From the NCBI GenBank assembly GCA_965198005.1, contig CBDAOI010000003.1, positions 832,001 through 896,000 of the forward strand: DNA of 64,000 nt, written 5' to 3'. The DNA comes from Spirochaetia bacterium. Its GTDB lineage: Bacteria > Spirochaetota > Spirochaetia > SZUA-6 > Bin103. A program made the position numbers and the translations under genes. Below, in pieces: positions 1 to 8,269 of this stretch. Numbering within the stretch: the stretch's first letter is position 1; each line of letters starts with the position of its first letter. Below the pieces are notes generated by a model, which was given only the letters and a program-made list of their open reading frames with translations, did no database searches and was not told the DNA's origin.

Positions 1-384
1 CACGTCGACGTACCCGAGCTGCTGCGGATCGGCCGCTTCGAGCCGGGCGCCGCGCAGGTCATCCGCGGCTCCGTGCGGCGCGCGCCGGCCACGGCGGCCG
101 CCGCCGAGGAGCGGCACTACGCCACGCCGGCGGCGGAGTTCGCGTTGTCCGAGATCCGCCTGGCCGGCGGCCCGGCGGCGGCCGCCACCGGCGGCCGGCC
201 GGAGGTGCTGCTGGTCCTGGACGGGCCGTGCGCGGTGACCGATGACGCCGGGCGCGGTACGCCGTGCCGGCCGGGCGATGCGCTGTTCGTGCCGGCCTGC
301 GTGGCCGGCTGGAACGCGCGCGGCGCGGGGCGGCTGTTCCGCGCGCGTGTGCCGCACGTGAACAGCACCGCCACCAGCGCGTAG
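1..384 (+). CDS. manA: Mannose-6-phosphate isomerase class I, C-terminal part (runs in from window start)
   Basis: Frame 1 reads HVDVPELLR...YATPAAEFALSEI...GDALFVPA, the C-terminal cupin motifs of type I PMI. Confidence 0.8.
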   Translation, partial: HVDVPELLRIGRFEPGAAQVIRGSVRRAPATAAAAEERHYATPAAEFALSEIRLAGGPAAAATGGRPEVLLVLDGPCAVTDDAGRGTPCRPGDALFVPACVAGWNARGAGRLFRARVPHVNSTATSA

Positions 385-457
385 CCGCCCGCGGCGAGCA
401 GATGAACGGGCGAGACCGGCCCGGTGATCATGATCGCCGGCGTGCCGTGTTGCGGTA

Positions 458-1240
458 TCAGGCGTCCCCGGCGGCCGGCGCCCGATACGGTGCGAACGCG
501 GCCGCCAGAGCGGCCAGTCCGCTGGCCGCGGCGCCGCCGTCGGAGCCGAGCGCGACGAAGGTGAAACCGCGCTCGACGGTCACGGCCACGTGCTCGGCCC
601 GGTGCAGCAGAATCCCGGTCGCCTTGCCGGCCGCGGCCGCGGCGCTCACCACCTGCTCCAGGGCCGCGACGAACTCGGGGTTCTGGTACTGGCCGCGCAT
701 CCCCATGCTGATCGAGAGATCGAACGGCCCCACGAACAGCACGTCGACGCCCTCCACCGCGGCGATGGCGGCGGCATTCCGCACCGCCTCGCGGGTCTCG
801 ATCTGGACCACGGTGAGCAGGTTGTCGTTGGCGTCGCGCAGGTAGTTCTCCGCCTCGGCGCCGAAGGCGGTGGCGCGGTTGAGCGTCGCCGCGCCACGCA
901 CGCCGGCCGGCGGGTAGCGCATGGACGCGGCCGCCGCGGCGGCTTCCTCCGGGGTGTTGACCCACGGCACCATCACCCCCGCCGCCCCCTGGTCCAGCAC
1001 CCGTTTGAACCGCCACGGTTCGTTCCAGGCGATGCGGACGATGGCCGGGGTCGCGGCCGCGGCGGCTGCCTGGAGCTGATGCAGCAGCTCGCTCTGGTCG
1101 CCGGCCCCGTGCTCCATGTCGAGCACCATCCAGTCGAAGCCCGCCCGGCCCGCCATCTCCACGGTCAGGGGCGAGCCCAGGTTGCAAAAGGTGCCGGTCA
1201 GCAACTCGCCGGCCAGCACCCGCTCACGTAGATAATCCAT
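458..1240 (-). CDS. HpcH/HpaI aldolase family protein
   Basis: GFDWMVLDMEHG, KRVLDQGAAGVMVP, YPPAGVRG, VQIET, LFVGPFDLS motifs. Confidence 0.92.
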   Translation of the reverse strand: MDYLRERVLAGELLTGTFCNLGSPLTVEMAGRAGFDWMVLDMEHGAGDQSELLHQLQAAAAAATPAIVRIAWNEPWRFKRVLDQGAAGVMVPWVNTPEEAAAAAASMRYPPAGVRGAATLNRATAFGAEAENYLRDANDNLLTVVQIETREAVRNAAAIAAVEGVDVLFVGPFDLSISMGMRGQYQNPEFVAALEQVVSAAAAAGKATGILLHRAEHVAVTVERGFTFVALGSDGGAAASGLAALAAAFAPYRAPAAGDA

Positions 1241-1333
1241 GGTCCGTAGTTTCGCTTCCGGACGGGTTGCCGTTCAAGGCGCTCGAGCGAGCGCCGGGGA
1301 GCGCACCTCGTGCCACGCCGTCGCCACCGCCGC

Positions 1334-1714
1334 TCACTGCGCGGCACGATCCAGCGGCGTGGCTATCCCCAGCCCCACGGCACACGCGGAGAGCTTGCCG
1401 TCGTACGTGGCAAGCTGGACCCGGGCGGCGACCGCCGCTGCCAGCAGAGCCGCGTCCACCCAGCCGATCCCCTTACCGGCCAACCCGTGGTGGCGTACGA
1501 AATCGAAAATCTCCTCCGGTGCGGCAACCTCGCACCAGACGAGCGACTGCAGGAGCTGTTCGTTGTTCGCCGAGAGACCGCCGAGAAGCAACTCACCGAT
1601 GACAAACGGATGCACCAGCACCGTGCCCGCGTTTATCCAGGGCCGTGCCACCAACCCCGCCGGTTCCCCGCGCAGGAATCTGAGCCACACGCCCGTGTCC
1701 ACCAGAACGATCAC
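1334..1714 (-). CDS. vapC: PIN-domain toxin (VapC)
   Basis: LVDTGVW, HPFVIGEL, GIGWVDAALLA, TYD acidic PIN motifs; start overlaps antitoxin stop. Confidence 0.9.
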   Translation of the reverse strand: MIVLVDTGVWLRFLRGEPAGLVARPWINAGTVLVHPFVIGELLLGGLSANNEQLLQSLVWCEVAAPEEIFDFVRHHGLAGKGIGWVDAALLAAAVAARVQLATYDGKLSACAVGLGIATPLDRAAQ

Positions 1715-1914
1715 CCGGGACTCTCCGGCGTGCGCCGGCGGGGAACGGCCGTCAGTTCGGGCTGGGAACCGAACGCCTCGCTCAGGAGCCGGCGCCGATG
1801 GGCGTCGATCAGCTCGCGTAGACCCAGTTCCAGGATCGCGGTCTTGGTTCTTCCGGCGTGGATCGCCATGGCCTGCCGGACGAGGTTATCGTCCAGGTTG
1901 AGCGTCGTTCGCAT
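1711..1914 (-). CDS. vapB: VapB-family antitoxin
   Basis: MRTTLNLDDNLV...TKTAILELGLRELI; immediately upstream of vapC; start trimmed from the longer ORF. Confidence 0.85.
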   Translation of the reverse strand: MRTTLNLDDNLVRQAMAIHAGRTKTAILELGLRELIDAHRRRLLSEAFGSQPELTAVPRRRTPESPG

Positions 1915-2010
1915 ATGCATACAGTACTGCGTTATTGCCATATGGACCAGTGGGATCGATCTGCATTCGGTGCCTGCTACGCTGTCAGGAGCGGGAGTGG
2001 AGTCCGAATG

Positions 2011-2019
2011 TGGTATATT
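2011..2019 (+). promoter_or_regulatory. Putative extended -10 promoter (TGnTATATT)
   Basis: TGGTATATT 13 nt upstream of ATG 2033. Confidence 0.45.
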
Positions 2020-2032
2020 GAGCGGCAGAGCG

Positions 2033-2431
2033 ATGACGGCAGCAGAGCACCGGGTAGCCGTGCTGGGGGCGAGTCGCAAGTCCCGGCGGTACTCCAACCG
2101 CGCGCTGCGGGCGCTGCGGCGGCACGGCTACGACGTGGTGCCGGTCAATCCCGCGTACGACGCAGTCGAGGGTGTGGCGGCGGTGCGCAACCTGGCGCAG
2201 ATCGCGGGTCGGGTGGACACCTTGACGGTGTACGTGGGGCCGCGTGACGTGGGGCCGATGATCGACGACATCGTGGCGGCGCGGCCGCGGCGGGTGATCC
2301 TGAATCCCGGGACCGAGTCGCCGGCGCTGGAGCAGGCGCTGGAGCGGCACGGCATCCCTTATCTGGAAGCGTGCACGCTGGTGCTGCTCGCCACCGGCCA
2401 GTTCGAGAGTGCCCCTGCGCCCGCCCGGTAG
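2033..2431 (+). CDS. CoA-binding protein (YccU-like)
   Basis: VAVLGASRKSRRYS, VVPVNP, VDTLTVYV, RVILNPG, CTLVLL. Confidence 0.9.
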   Translation: MTAAEHRVAVLGASRKSRRYSNRALRALRRHGYDVVPVNPAYDAVEGVAAVRNLAQIAGRVDTLTVYVGPRDVGPMIDDIVAARPRRVILNPGTESPALEQALERHGIPYLEACTLVLLATGQFESAPAPAR

Positions 2432-2465
2432 CACACGTGCGGGCCGGCGGCCGGGCGCAGGCCGG

Positions 2466-2521
2466 GCAGCCGCGTGCGGAGCCGGGTGGGGAGCCGGGTG
2501 GGGAGCCGCGTTGCAAGCCGG
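2466..2521 (+). repeat. Short imperfect 12-bp tandem repeat (gagccgggtggg-like)
   Basis: cagccgcgtgcg/gagccgggtggg/gagccgggtggg/gagccgcgttgc in the intergenic spacer. Confidence 0.6.
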
Positions 2522-2533
2522 GCGGAGGGCCGG

Positions 2534-4315
2534 GTGAGCGAGAGCGTATTCTCCTGGAGCAAGAGTGAAGCGCACGGCGAGCGCGCGCTGGCGGCCACCA
2601 AGCATCCGCTGGCCACGGCCGCGGCGCTGGAGTTGCTGCGCGGCGGCGGCAACGTGATGGACGCGGCGGTGGCCGCGGCGTTCGCGGTCGGGGTGGTGGA
2701 ACCGGGCGCCAGCGGCCTGGGCGGCGGCGGCTACCTGGCGTATCAGCTCGGCGAGCGCGGCGGAGTGTTCGGGTTCCCGATGCGCGCGCCGCGCGCCGCC
2801 GCGCCGGACATGTTCCGGTTGTCCGGTGCGCACGCGGCCGGCGACTTCGGCTGGCCGGCCGTGGTGGACGACGCCAACCTGGAAGGCGGGCTGGCGGTGG
2901 CCGTGCCGGGCGCGGTGGCGGGCCTGGTCGCTGCCCACCGGGAGTTCGGGCGGCTGCCGCTGGACGAGGTGGTGGCGCCTGCGGTCGAGCTGGCGCGCTC
3001 CGGCTTCACGCCCGGGTTCCGCGGCCTGATGAGGTTCGCGGCGCAGCTCGGCAAGCTCACCCGCTTCCCGGAGCTGCGGCGGCTGTTCCTGGCCGGCGGC
3101 GAGCTGCCCGCCGGGGTGCGGATTCCCGGCGCCGGCTACCGGCGCGGGGAGCCGGTGTGGGCCGAGCCGGCCAAGGTCCGGCAGCCGGAGCTGGCCGATA
3201 CGTTGCGCGCGATCGGCACCGACGGCGCGGTCGCCTTCTACCGCGGCGAGGTGGCCGGGCGTCTGGTGGACGCGGTGCGCGCGGCCGGCGGCGTGCTGAG
3301 CCGCGCCGACCTGGAGAGCTATCGGCCGCAGCACTGGCCGGCCGGCGGCAGGGGCACCGGCGACGGCGCGGCGGGGACGGCCCCGCTGGAGGTGCGCTAC
3401 CGCAACCTGCGGCTGCGGGTGCCGCCGTTCGCCACCGGCGGCATCACCAGCGCGATGACCCTGCAGTTGCTCGCCGGCACCGACCTGGCAGCCTGCGGCC
3501 ACAACAGCGCGGAGGCGCTGCACCGCTACGTGTGCGCCGCCCGTCTGGCCTACGCCGATCGTTTCGCCTTTCTGGCCGATCCGGCCACCGCCGACGTGCC
3601 GTGGGCGGGCCTCACCTCACCGGCCTACGCGGCGCGCCGCTGGGCGGGGGTGGGGGCCAGGGCGCCGCGCCGCTTCAAGCCGGGCGATCCGTGGCGGGAG
3701 GAAGGGCGCCCGGCGCCGCGGCGCCTGCCCGGCAGCGCGCCGGCGTACCACGACGGCACCACCCACCTGTGCGTGATCGACGCCGCCGGCAACGCGGTGT
3801 CGCTCACCAACACCCTGATGTCGATCTTCGGTTCCGGCATCGTGGCCGCCGGCACCGGCGTCATCCTCAACAACGGCATGATGTGGTTCGATCCGGTGCC
3901 GGGCCACGTCAACTCGGTCGCTCCGGGCAAGCTGCCGCTCAACAACATGGCGCCGCTGCTGGCGCTCGACGAGCATGGCGTGCGGTTCGCGCTGGGGGCA
4001 TCCGGCGGGCGGCGCATCACCAACTGCGTGACCAGCCTGGTGGTCAACATGGTCGACTTCGGACTCGGCCCGCAGCAGGCGATCGACGCCCCGCGCGTCG
4101 ACTGCAGCACGCCGCTGACCGCGGTGGACGGTCGCATCGACCCGGCCGTCATCGAGCAACTGCGCGACCGGCGCCATCACGCCGCGGCGATCGACCGCCG
4201 CCACGTTACCGACGAGCCGAGCCCGTTCGCCAGTCCGGTGGCGGTGGCGCGCACCCCCGGCGGGTTGCGCGGCGGCGCCGACTCGTTCCACTCCGCGCAC
4301 GCCGCCGGTCTCTGA
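2534..4315 (+). CDS. ggt: Gamma-glutamyltransferase family protein
   Basis: GGNVMDAAVAAAFAVGVVEP.SGLGGGG, VAVPG, catalytic GTTHLCVID, FGSG, LNNGM, GASGG. Confidence 0.92.
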   Translation: MSESVFSWSKSEAHGERALAATKHPLATAAALELLRGGGNVMDAAVAAAFAVGVVEPGASGLGGGGYLAYQLGERGGVFGFPMRAPRAAAPDMFRLSGAHAAGDFGWPAVVDDANLEGGLAVAVPGAVAGLVAAHREFGRLPLDEVVAPAVELARSGFTPGFRGLMRFAAQLGKLTRFPELRRLFLAGGELPAGVRIPGAGYRRGEPVWAEPAKVRQPELADTLRAIGTDGAVAFYRGEVAGRLVDAVRAAGGVLSRADLESYRPQHWPAGGRGTGDGAAGTAPLEVRYRNLRLRVPPFATGGITSAMTLQLLAGTDLAACGHNSAEALHRYVCAARLAYADRFAFLADPATADVPWAGLTSPAYAARRWAGVGARAPRRFKPGDPWREEGRPAPRRLPGSAPAYHDGTTHLCVIDAAGNAVSLTNTLMSIFGSGIVAAGTGVILNNGMMWFDPVPGHVNSVAPGKLPLNNMAPLLALDEHGVRFALGASGGRRITNCVTSLVVNMVDFGLGPQQAIDAPRVDCSTPLTAVDGRIDPAVIEQLRDRRHHAAAIDRRHVTDEPSPFASPVAVARTPGGLRGGADSFHSAHAAGL

Positions 4316-4337
4316 GGCGGAGCGCGTCCGGCGGGGC

Positions 4338-4976
4338 ATGGAATTGCTGACCACCGGTCCGCCGGACGCGCGGCACACCGTGGTGCTGGCGCACGGCGCC
4401 GGCCAGCCGATGGACGGCCCCGCCATGGCGCTGCTGGCGGCCGCCTTCACCGCCGCCGGGGTGCGGGTGGTGCGCTTCGAGTTCCCGTACATGCGGCGGC
4501 GGCGCGCCACCGGCCGCGGCGCCGCGCCCGACCGCCAGCCGGTGCTGGAGCAGTCCTGGCGCGACGCGATCCAGCGGGCAGGGCAGGCCACCGCCGCCGG
4601 CCCCGACGCCCTGGCGATCGGCGGCCGCTCCATGGGCGGCCGCATCGCCAGCTTGGTGGCCGACGGCTGCGGGGTGCGCGCGCTGCTCTGTTTCGCCTAT
4701 CCGTTCCACCCGCCGGGGAGGCCCGACCGGTTGCGCACCGCGCACCTGGCCAGCCTGCGGACCCCGACGCTGATCCTCCAGGGCGAGCGCGACCCGTTCG
4801 GCAACCCCGCCGAGGTGGGCAGCTACCGGCTGTCGCCAGCGGTCACCGTGCATTGGATCGCCGACGGCGACCACTCTCTCAAGCCGCGCAAACGCTCCGG
4901 CCGCACCCTGGAAGACAACGTGGCCGCCGCGGTCGAGTGCAGCGTGCGCTTCCTGAACCGCGCGGCGCCTCAGTAA
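4338..4976 (+). CDS. Alpha/beta hydrolase (KANL3/Tex30-like)
   Basis: LAHGAG, GGRSMGGR nucleophile elbow, YPFHPPG, QGERDPFG, GDHSL. Confidence 0.9.
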   Translation: MELLTTGPPDARHTVVLAHGAGQPMDGPAMALLAAAFTAAGVRVVRFEFPYMRRRRATGRGAAPDRQPVLEQSWRDAIQRAGQATAAGPDALAIGGRSMGGRIASLVADGCGVRALLCFAYPFHPPGRPDRLRTAHLASLRTPTLILQGERDPFGNPAEVGSYRLSPAVTVHWIADGDHSLKPRKRSGRTLEDNVAAAVECSVRFLNRAAPQ

Positions 4977-5485
4977 CCGTGCGCGCTGGCGAGCGCCGCG
5001 ACCGGAACCTCAGCCGCCCGCATCAGGCTGCGCAGCAGGTCACGGTTGTCTTCGATGAAGCGGCGCTGATCCGGCCACAGCATCGGCGGGAGCGCGTCCA
5101 GCGAGCCCCAGATCGCCGGCTGCGGATGCGCCTCGGGGTCCTGCGGCTCGGGAACGCACCAAGTGGTGACGTACGCGAACAGGTGCGTGACCGTCCAGCG
5201 CTTGCGGTTGAAGGTAAGCCGCTCCAGTACGCCGATCTTGGCCAGCAGGGCCAGGTCGGTGAACCCGGTCTCCTCGGCGATCTCGCGCCGGGCGGCGGCT
5301 TCCAGCGACTCGCCCGGATCCACCCCGCCCTTGGGGATGACCGCCGACGGCCAGAGCCCCTCACGGGCCAGCGCCACCTGCACCTCGCCGTCGTGCACGG
5401 CCAGGACCAGGCCGCCTGCCGTGGTCCGCTGCGGCGTACCGGGCGGCCGCCGGTACCAACTGGCGTCGATCATGCGCCTCAACAT
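4970..5485 (-). CDS. NUDIX hydrolase
   Basis: Nudix box PKGGVDPGESLEAAARREIAEETG; GGAGG-type RBS before ATG 5485. Confidence 0.88.
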   Translation of the reverse strand: MLRRMIDASWYRRPPGTPQRTTAGGLVLAVHDGEVQVALAREGLWPSAVIPKGGVDPGESLEAAARREIAEETGFTDLALLAKIGVLERLTFNRKRWTVTHLFAYVTTWCVPEPQDPEAHPQPAIWGSLDALPPMLWPDQRRFIEDNRDLLRSLMRAAEVPVAALASAHGY

Positions 5486-5679
5486 TCCGTCCCTCCCTCC
5501 AGAACGACCGCATGCTACACCGGATGGCGGGCGTAACGCCACCACGGGGTGCGTCAGAGCCTGAACCGTCTTGCCCGTCTGCTGGAGACGAATGACTGCG
5601 CGGGGCTCAAGGAGCTGTTCCACGGGCGGCTGGACAGGGCAGGGACGGACGGACCGGCCGACCGGCCGAGAGGAGGAGC

Positions 5680-5708
5680 TTGACGGTGGTGTTGCACGGC
5701 GCTAAGGT
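5680..5708 (+). promoter_or_regulatory. Putative sigma70 promoter TTGACG-17-TAAGGT
   Basis: -35/-10 hexamers with a 17-nt spacer just upstream of the 5726 gene. Confidence 0.55.
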
Positions 5709-5725
5709 TGCGCCAAGGTTGGATT

Positions 5726-6220
5726 ATGAGCGGTGCGGTTCGGCAACAGGCTTGGCTCAGTCTCCTGGATACCGACAGAGACGCCCTGTATCTGTCGGCG
5801 ATGGCCGATAGAATGCGGCGGTGGCACGTCGCGACCTCGGTAATCGTATCGCTTGGGGCCACAAGCGCTTTTGCCACCATAGTGACCGGACTGCCCATTC
5901 TGGTGGGAGGCAGTATCAGTCTGGTGGTGGCGGGAGTCGCAATCTGGTCGATGGTCTGCGACCATTCCCGCAAGTCGGCGGTAGCGGCGTCACGTGCCGA
6001 AGAATGCGCCAAGCTGGCCTTGCAGTGGCGTCAGTTGTGGGCTGAGCTGAGCAGCCTGAGTGATGGCGAAGCTCTGCAGCGGGTTCAACGCCTGGAGCGC
6101 CGCGAGATAGAGATCACCAGTGCGGTTCCCCACGACCTCGGGATCAAGCCACGGCTCAACCAGAAGTGCGCAGAGCGCGCATACGAAATGATCAAGCACG
6201 AATATGGGGCTGTCGCGTGA
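5726..6220 (+). CDS. Two-TM hypothetical protein, SLATT-like architecture
   Basis: N-terminal helix, two adjacent hydrophobic segments (VATSVIVSLGATSAFATIV; ILVGGSISLVVAGVAIWSMV), then helical C-terminus (SRKSAVA...C..L..QW..LW); lower GC than neighbours. Confidence 0.6.
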   Translation: MSGAVRQQAWLSLLDTDRDALYLSAMADRMRRWHVATSVIVSLGATSAFATIVTGLPILVGGSISLVVAGVAIWSMVCDHSRKSAVAASRAEECAKLALQWRQLWAELSSLSDGEALQRVQRLERREIEITSAVPHDLGIKPRLNQKCAERAYEMIKHEYGAVA

Positions 6221-6312
6221 GCCGGGTAGAGAAGGGTACCGTTCAAGACGGTCCGAAGCCGATACCGAGGCCGGACAAGCCTGAACCGCCCAAGCCGCCT
6301 CCACCCGAGTAA
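6217..6312 (+). CDS. 31-aa proline-rich microprotein (not in ORF track)
   Basis: GTGA start/stop overlap with upstream gene; reads MSRVEKGTVQDGPKPIPRPDKPEPPKPPPPE*. Confidence 0.45.
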   Translation: MSRVEKGTVQDGPKPIPRPDKPEPPKPPPPE

Positions 6313-6415
6313 ACCGGAACGTCACCCGAGCCGCGGCCGAGGCTCCGCACTTCACTTCGGCGGGGGTTTTGGGTAGCTTGGAGAGTGACAGATCGTCGCG
6401 CGAGTTCCGACTCTC

Positions 6416-7558
6416 ATGATACAGGTCAACAATCTCACGAAGGACTATGGCGCCACGCGTGCGCTGGGCGGCGTCAGCTTTTCCGTCGACCGAGGCGAGA
6501 TCCTCGGCTTGCTGGGTCCCAACGGCGCCGGCAAGACGACCACCATGCGGATCGTCACCGGCTATCTGCCGCCGACCTCCGGCTCGGTGCTGGTCAACGA
6601 GATGGACGTGGCCGCCAACCCGCTGCAGACCAAGCGGCTGATCGGCTACCTGCCGGAGTTCGCGCCCCTGTACGCGGACATGGTGGTGTTCGACTACCTG
6701 CGCTACGTCGCCGCCGTACGCCGCCTCGCGCCGCGGCAGCGAAACGCGCGCGTCGGCGCCGCGCTTGAGCTGTGCGGTCTGCGCGACGTCGTCCATCAGC
6801 CGTTTCGGGAACTGTCGCGCGGCTACAAGCAGCGGGTGGGGCTGGCGCACGCGCTGCTCGGCGACCCCGACGTGCTGATTCTCGACGAGCCGACCGCGGG
6901 GCTCGATCCCAACCAGATCGTCGAGATCCGCTCCATCATCCGGGAGGCGGGCCGCGCCAAGACCGTGATCTTCTCCACCCACATCCTGAGCGAGGCGGAG
7001 AGCACCTGCGACCGCATCGTGATCATCGATCGCGGTCGGGTGGTGGCCGACGGCACCGCCGACGCGCTCAAGGAGCGCACGCTGTCCGGCATGGTCGTGC
7101 GCCTGGCGCTGCTGGACGCCGAGCTGGCTGAGGTGCAGCAACACCTCGGGGTGGCGGCGGGCGTGACCCGGGTCGCCCGGGTGGCCGACGCCCGGCCGCC
7201 GGTGGCGGGCGCGCTGGTGGTGGAGGTCGCCTGCACTCGGGAGAACCTGCGCGAGATCTACGCGGCGGTGAAACAGCGCGACTGGGTGCTGGTCGAACTC
7301 GATTCGGTGGGGCAGTCGCTGGAGGACACCTTCCGCGAGCTCACCCGCGCCGGGGGCGGCGCGGGCGGCCTGGCCGGCGGGAACGCCCCCGCCGCCGGGC
7401 GGGAGGCCGCGCAGGCCACCGGGCCGGCCGCCGCGCAGGCCGCCGGGAGCGACGCCACGGCCGGCGCCGTGCAGGCGGAGCAGCCGGAGCCACGGAAGCC
7501 ACCGGAGCCGGCGGCCGGCCCGGCCGCCGGAGCGCGCCCCGGGGAGACCGCGTCATGA
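6416..7558 (+). CDS. ABC transporter ATP-binding protein (GldA-like)
   Basis: GPNGAGKTT, LSRGYKQRVG, LILDEPTAGLDPNQI, FSTHIL. Confidence 0.93.
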   Translation: MIQVNNLTKDYGATRALGGVSFSVDRGEILGLLGPNGAGKTTTMRIVTGYLPPTSGSVLVNEMDVAANPLQTKRLIGYLPEFAPLYADMVVFDYLRYVAAVRRLAPRQRNARVGAALELCGLRDVVHQPFRELSRGYKQRVGLAHALLGDPDVLILDEPTAGLDPNQIVEIRSIIREAGRAKTVIFSTHILSEAESTCDRIVIIDRGRVVADGTADALKERTLSGMVVRLALLDAELAEVQQHLGVAAGVTRVARVADARPPVAGALVVEVACTRENLREIYAAVKQRDWVLVELDSVGQSLEDTFRELTRAGGGAGGLAGGNAPAAGREAAQATGPAAAQAAGSDATAGAVQAEQPEPRKPPEPAAGPAAGARPGETAS

Positions 7559-8262
7559 GCCTGGCGTGGTTCCAGGTCGTGCGGCGCGAGCTGCGCGCCA
7601 CGTTCGGCTCGCCGGTCGCCTACATCGTCATCGTCATCTTCCTGACGGTTACCGGCTGGTTCTTCTTCACCCCGTTCTTCCTGATCGGCAGCGCCGATCT
7701 GCGCGGCTTGTTCCAGCTTCTGCCGATGACGCTGGCGCTGGTGGTGCCGGCGATCACCATGCGCGTGTTCGCGGAGGAGTTCAGCACCGGTTCCTACGAG
7801 GTGCTCAGCACCCTGCCGCTGACCCCGCTCGACGTGCTGCTGGGCAAGTTCGCCGGCAGCCTGCTGTTCATCGTGGCGATGTTGCTGCCGACCGTGGCGT
7901 ATCCGCTGATCGTGGCCGCACTCGGCGACCTGGACCCGGGGCCGGTGATCGGCGGCTACGTCGGCGCGGTGCTGCTGGCGGCCCTGTACTGCGCGGTGGG
8001 CATGCTGGCCTCGGCCCTCACCAAGAACCAGATCGTGGCGTTCATCGTGGGGCTGGCGCTGTGCGCGTTCCTGGTGCTGATCGACAAGGTCCTGGTGTTC
8101 TTTCCCGCCACGCTCACCGGGGTCCTGCAGTATCTCGGCGCGGACTACCACTTCCGCAACATCGCCCGGGGCGTGTTCGATACGCGGGACGTCGTGTACT
8201 TCGTCAGCGCCGCGGTGGTGGCGCTGTACCTCACCCGGGTGGTGGTCGGACGGCGCATATGA
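7555..8262 (+). CDS. ABC-2 permease (GldF-like)
   Basis: FGSPVAYIVI, VPAITMRVFAEE.STG.YE.L.TLP, TKNQIVAF. Confidence 0.92.
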   Translation: MSLAWFQVVRRELRATFGSPVAYIVIVIFLTVTGWFFFTPFFLIGSADLRGLFQLLPMTLALVVPAITMRVFAEEFSTGSYEVLSTLPLTPLDVLLGKFAGSLLFIVAMLLPTVAYPLIVAALGDLDPGPVIGGYVGAVLLAALYCAVGMLASALTKNQIVAFIVGLALCAFLVLIDKVLVFFPATLTGVLQYLGADYHFRNIARGVFDTRDVVYFVSAAVVALYLTRVVVGRRI

Positions 8263-8269
8263 GGCGCAT

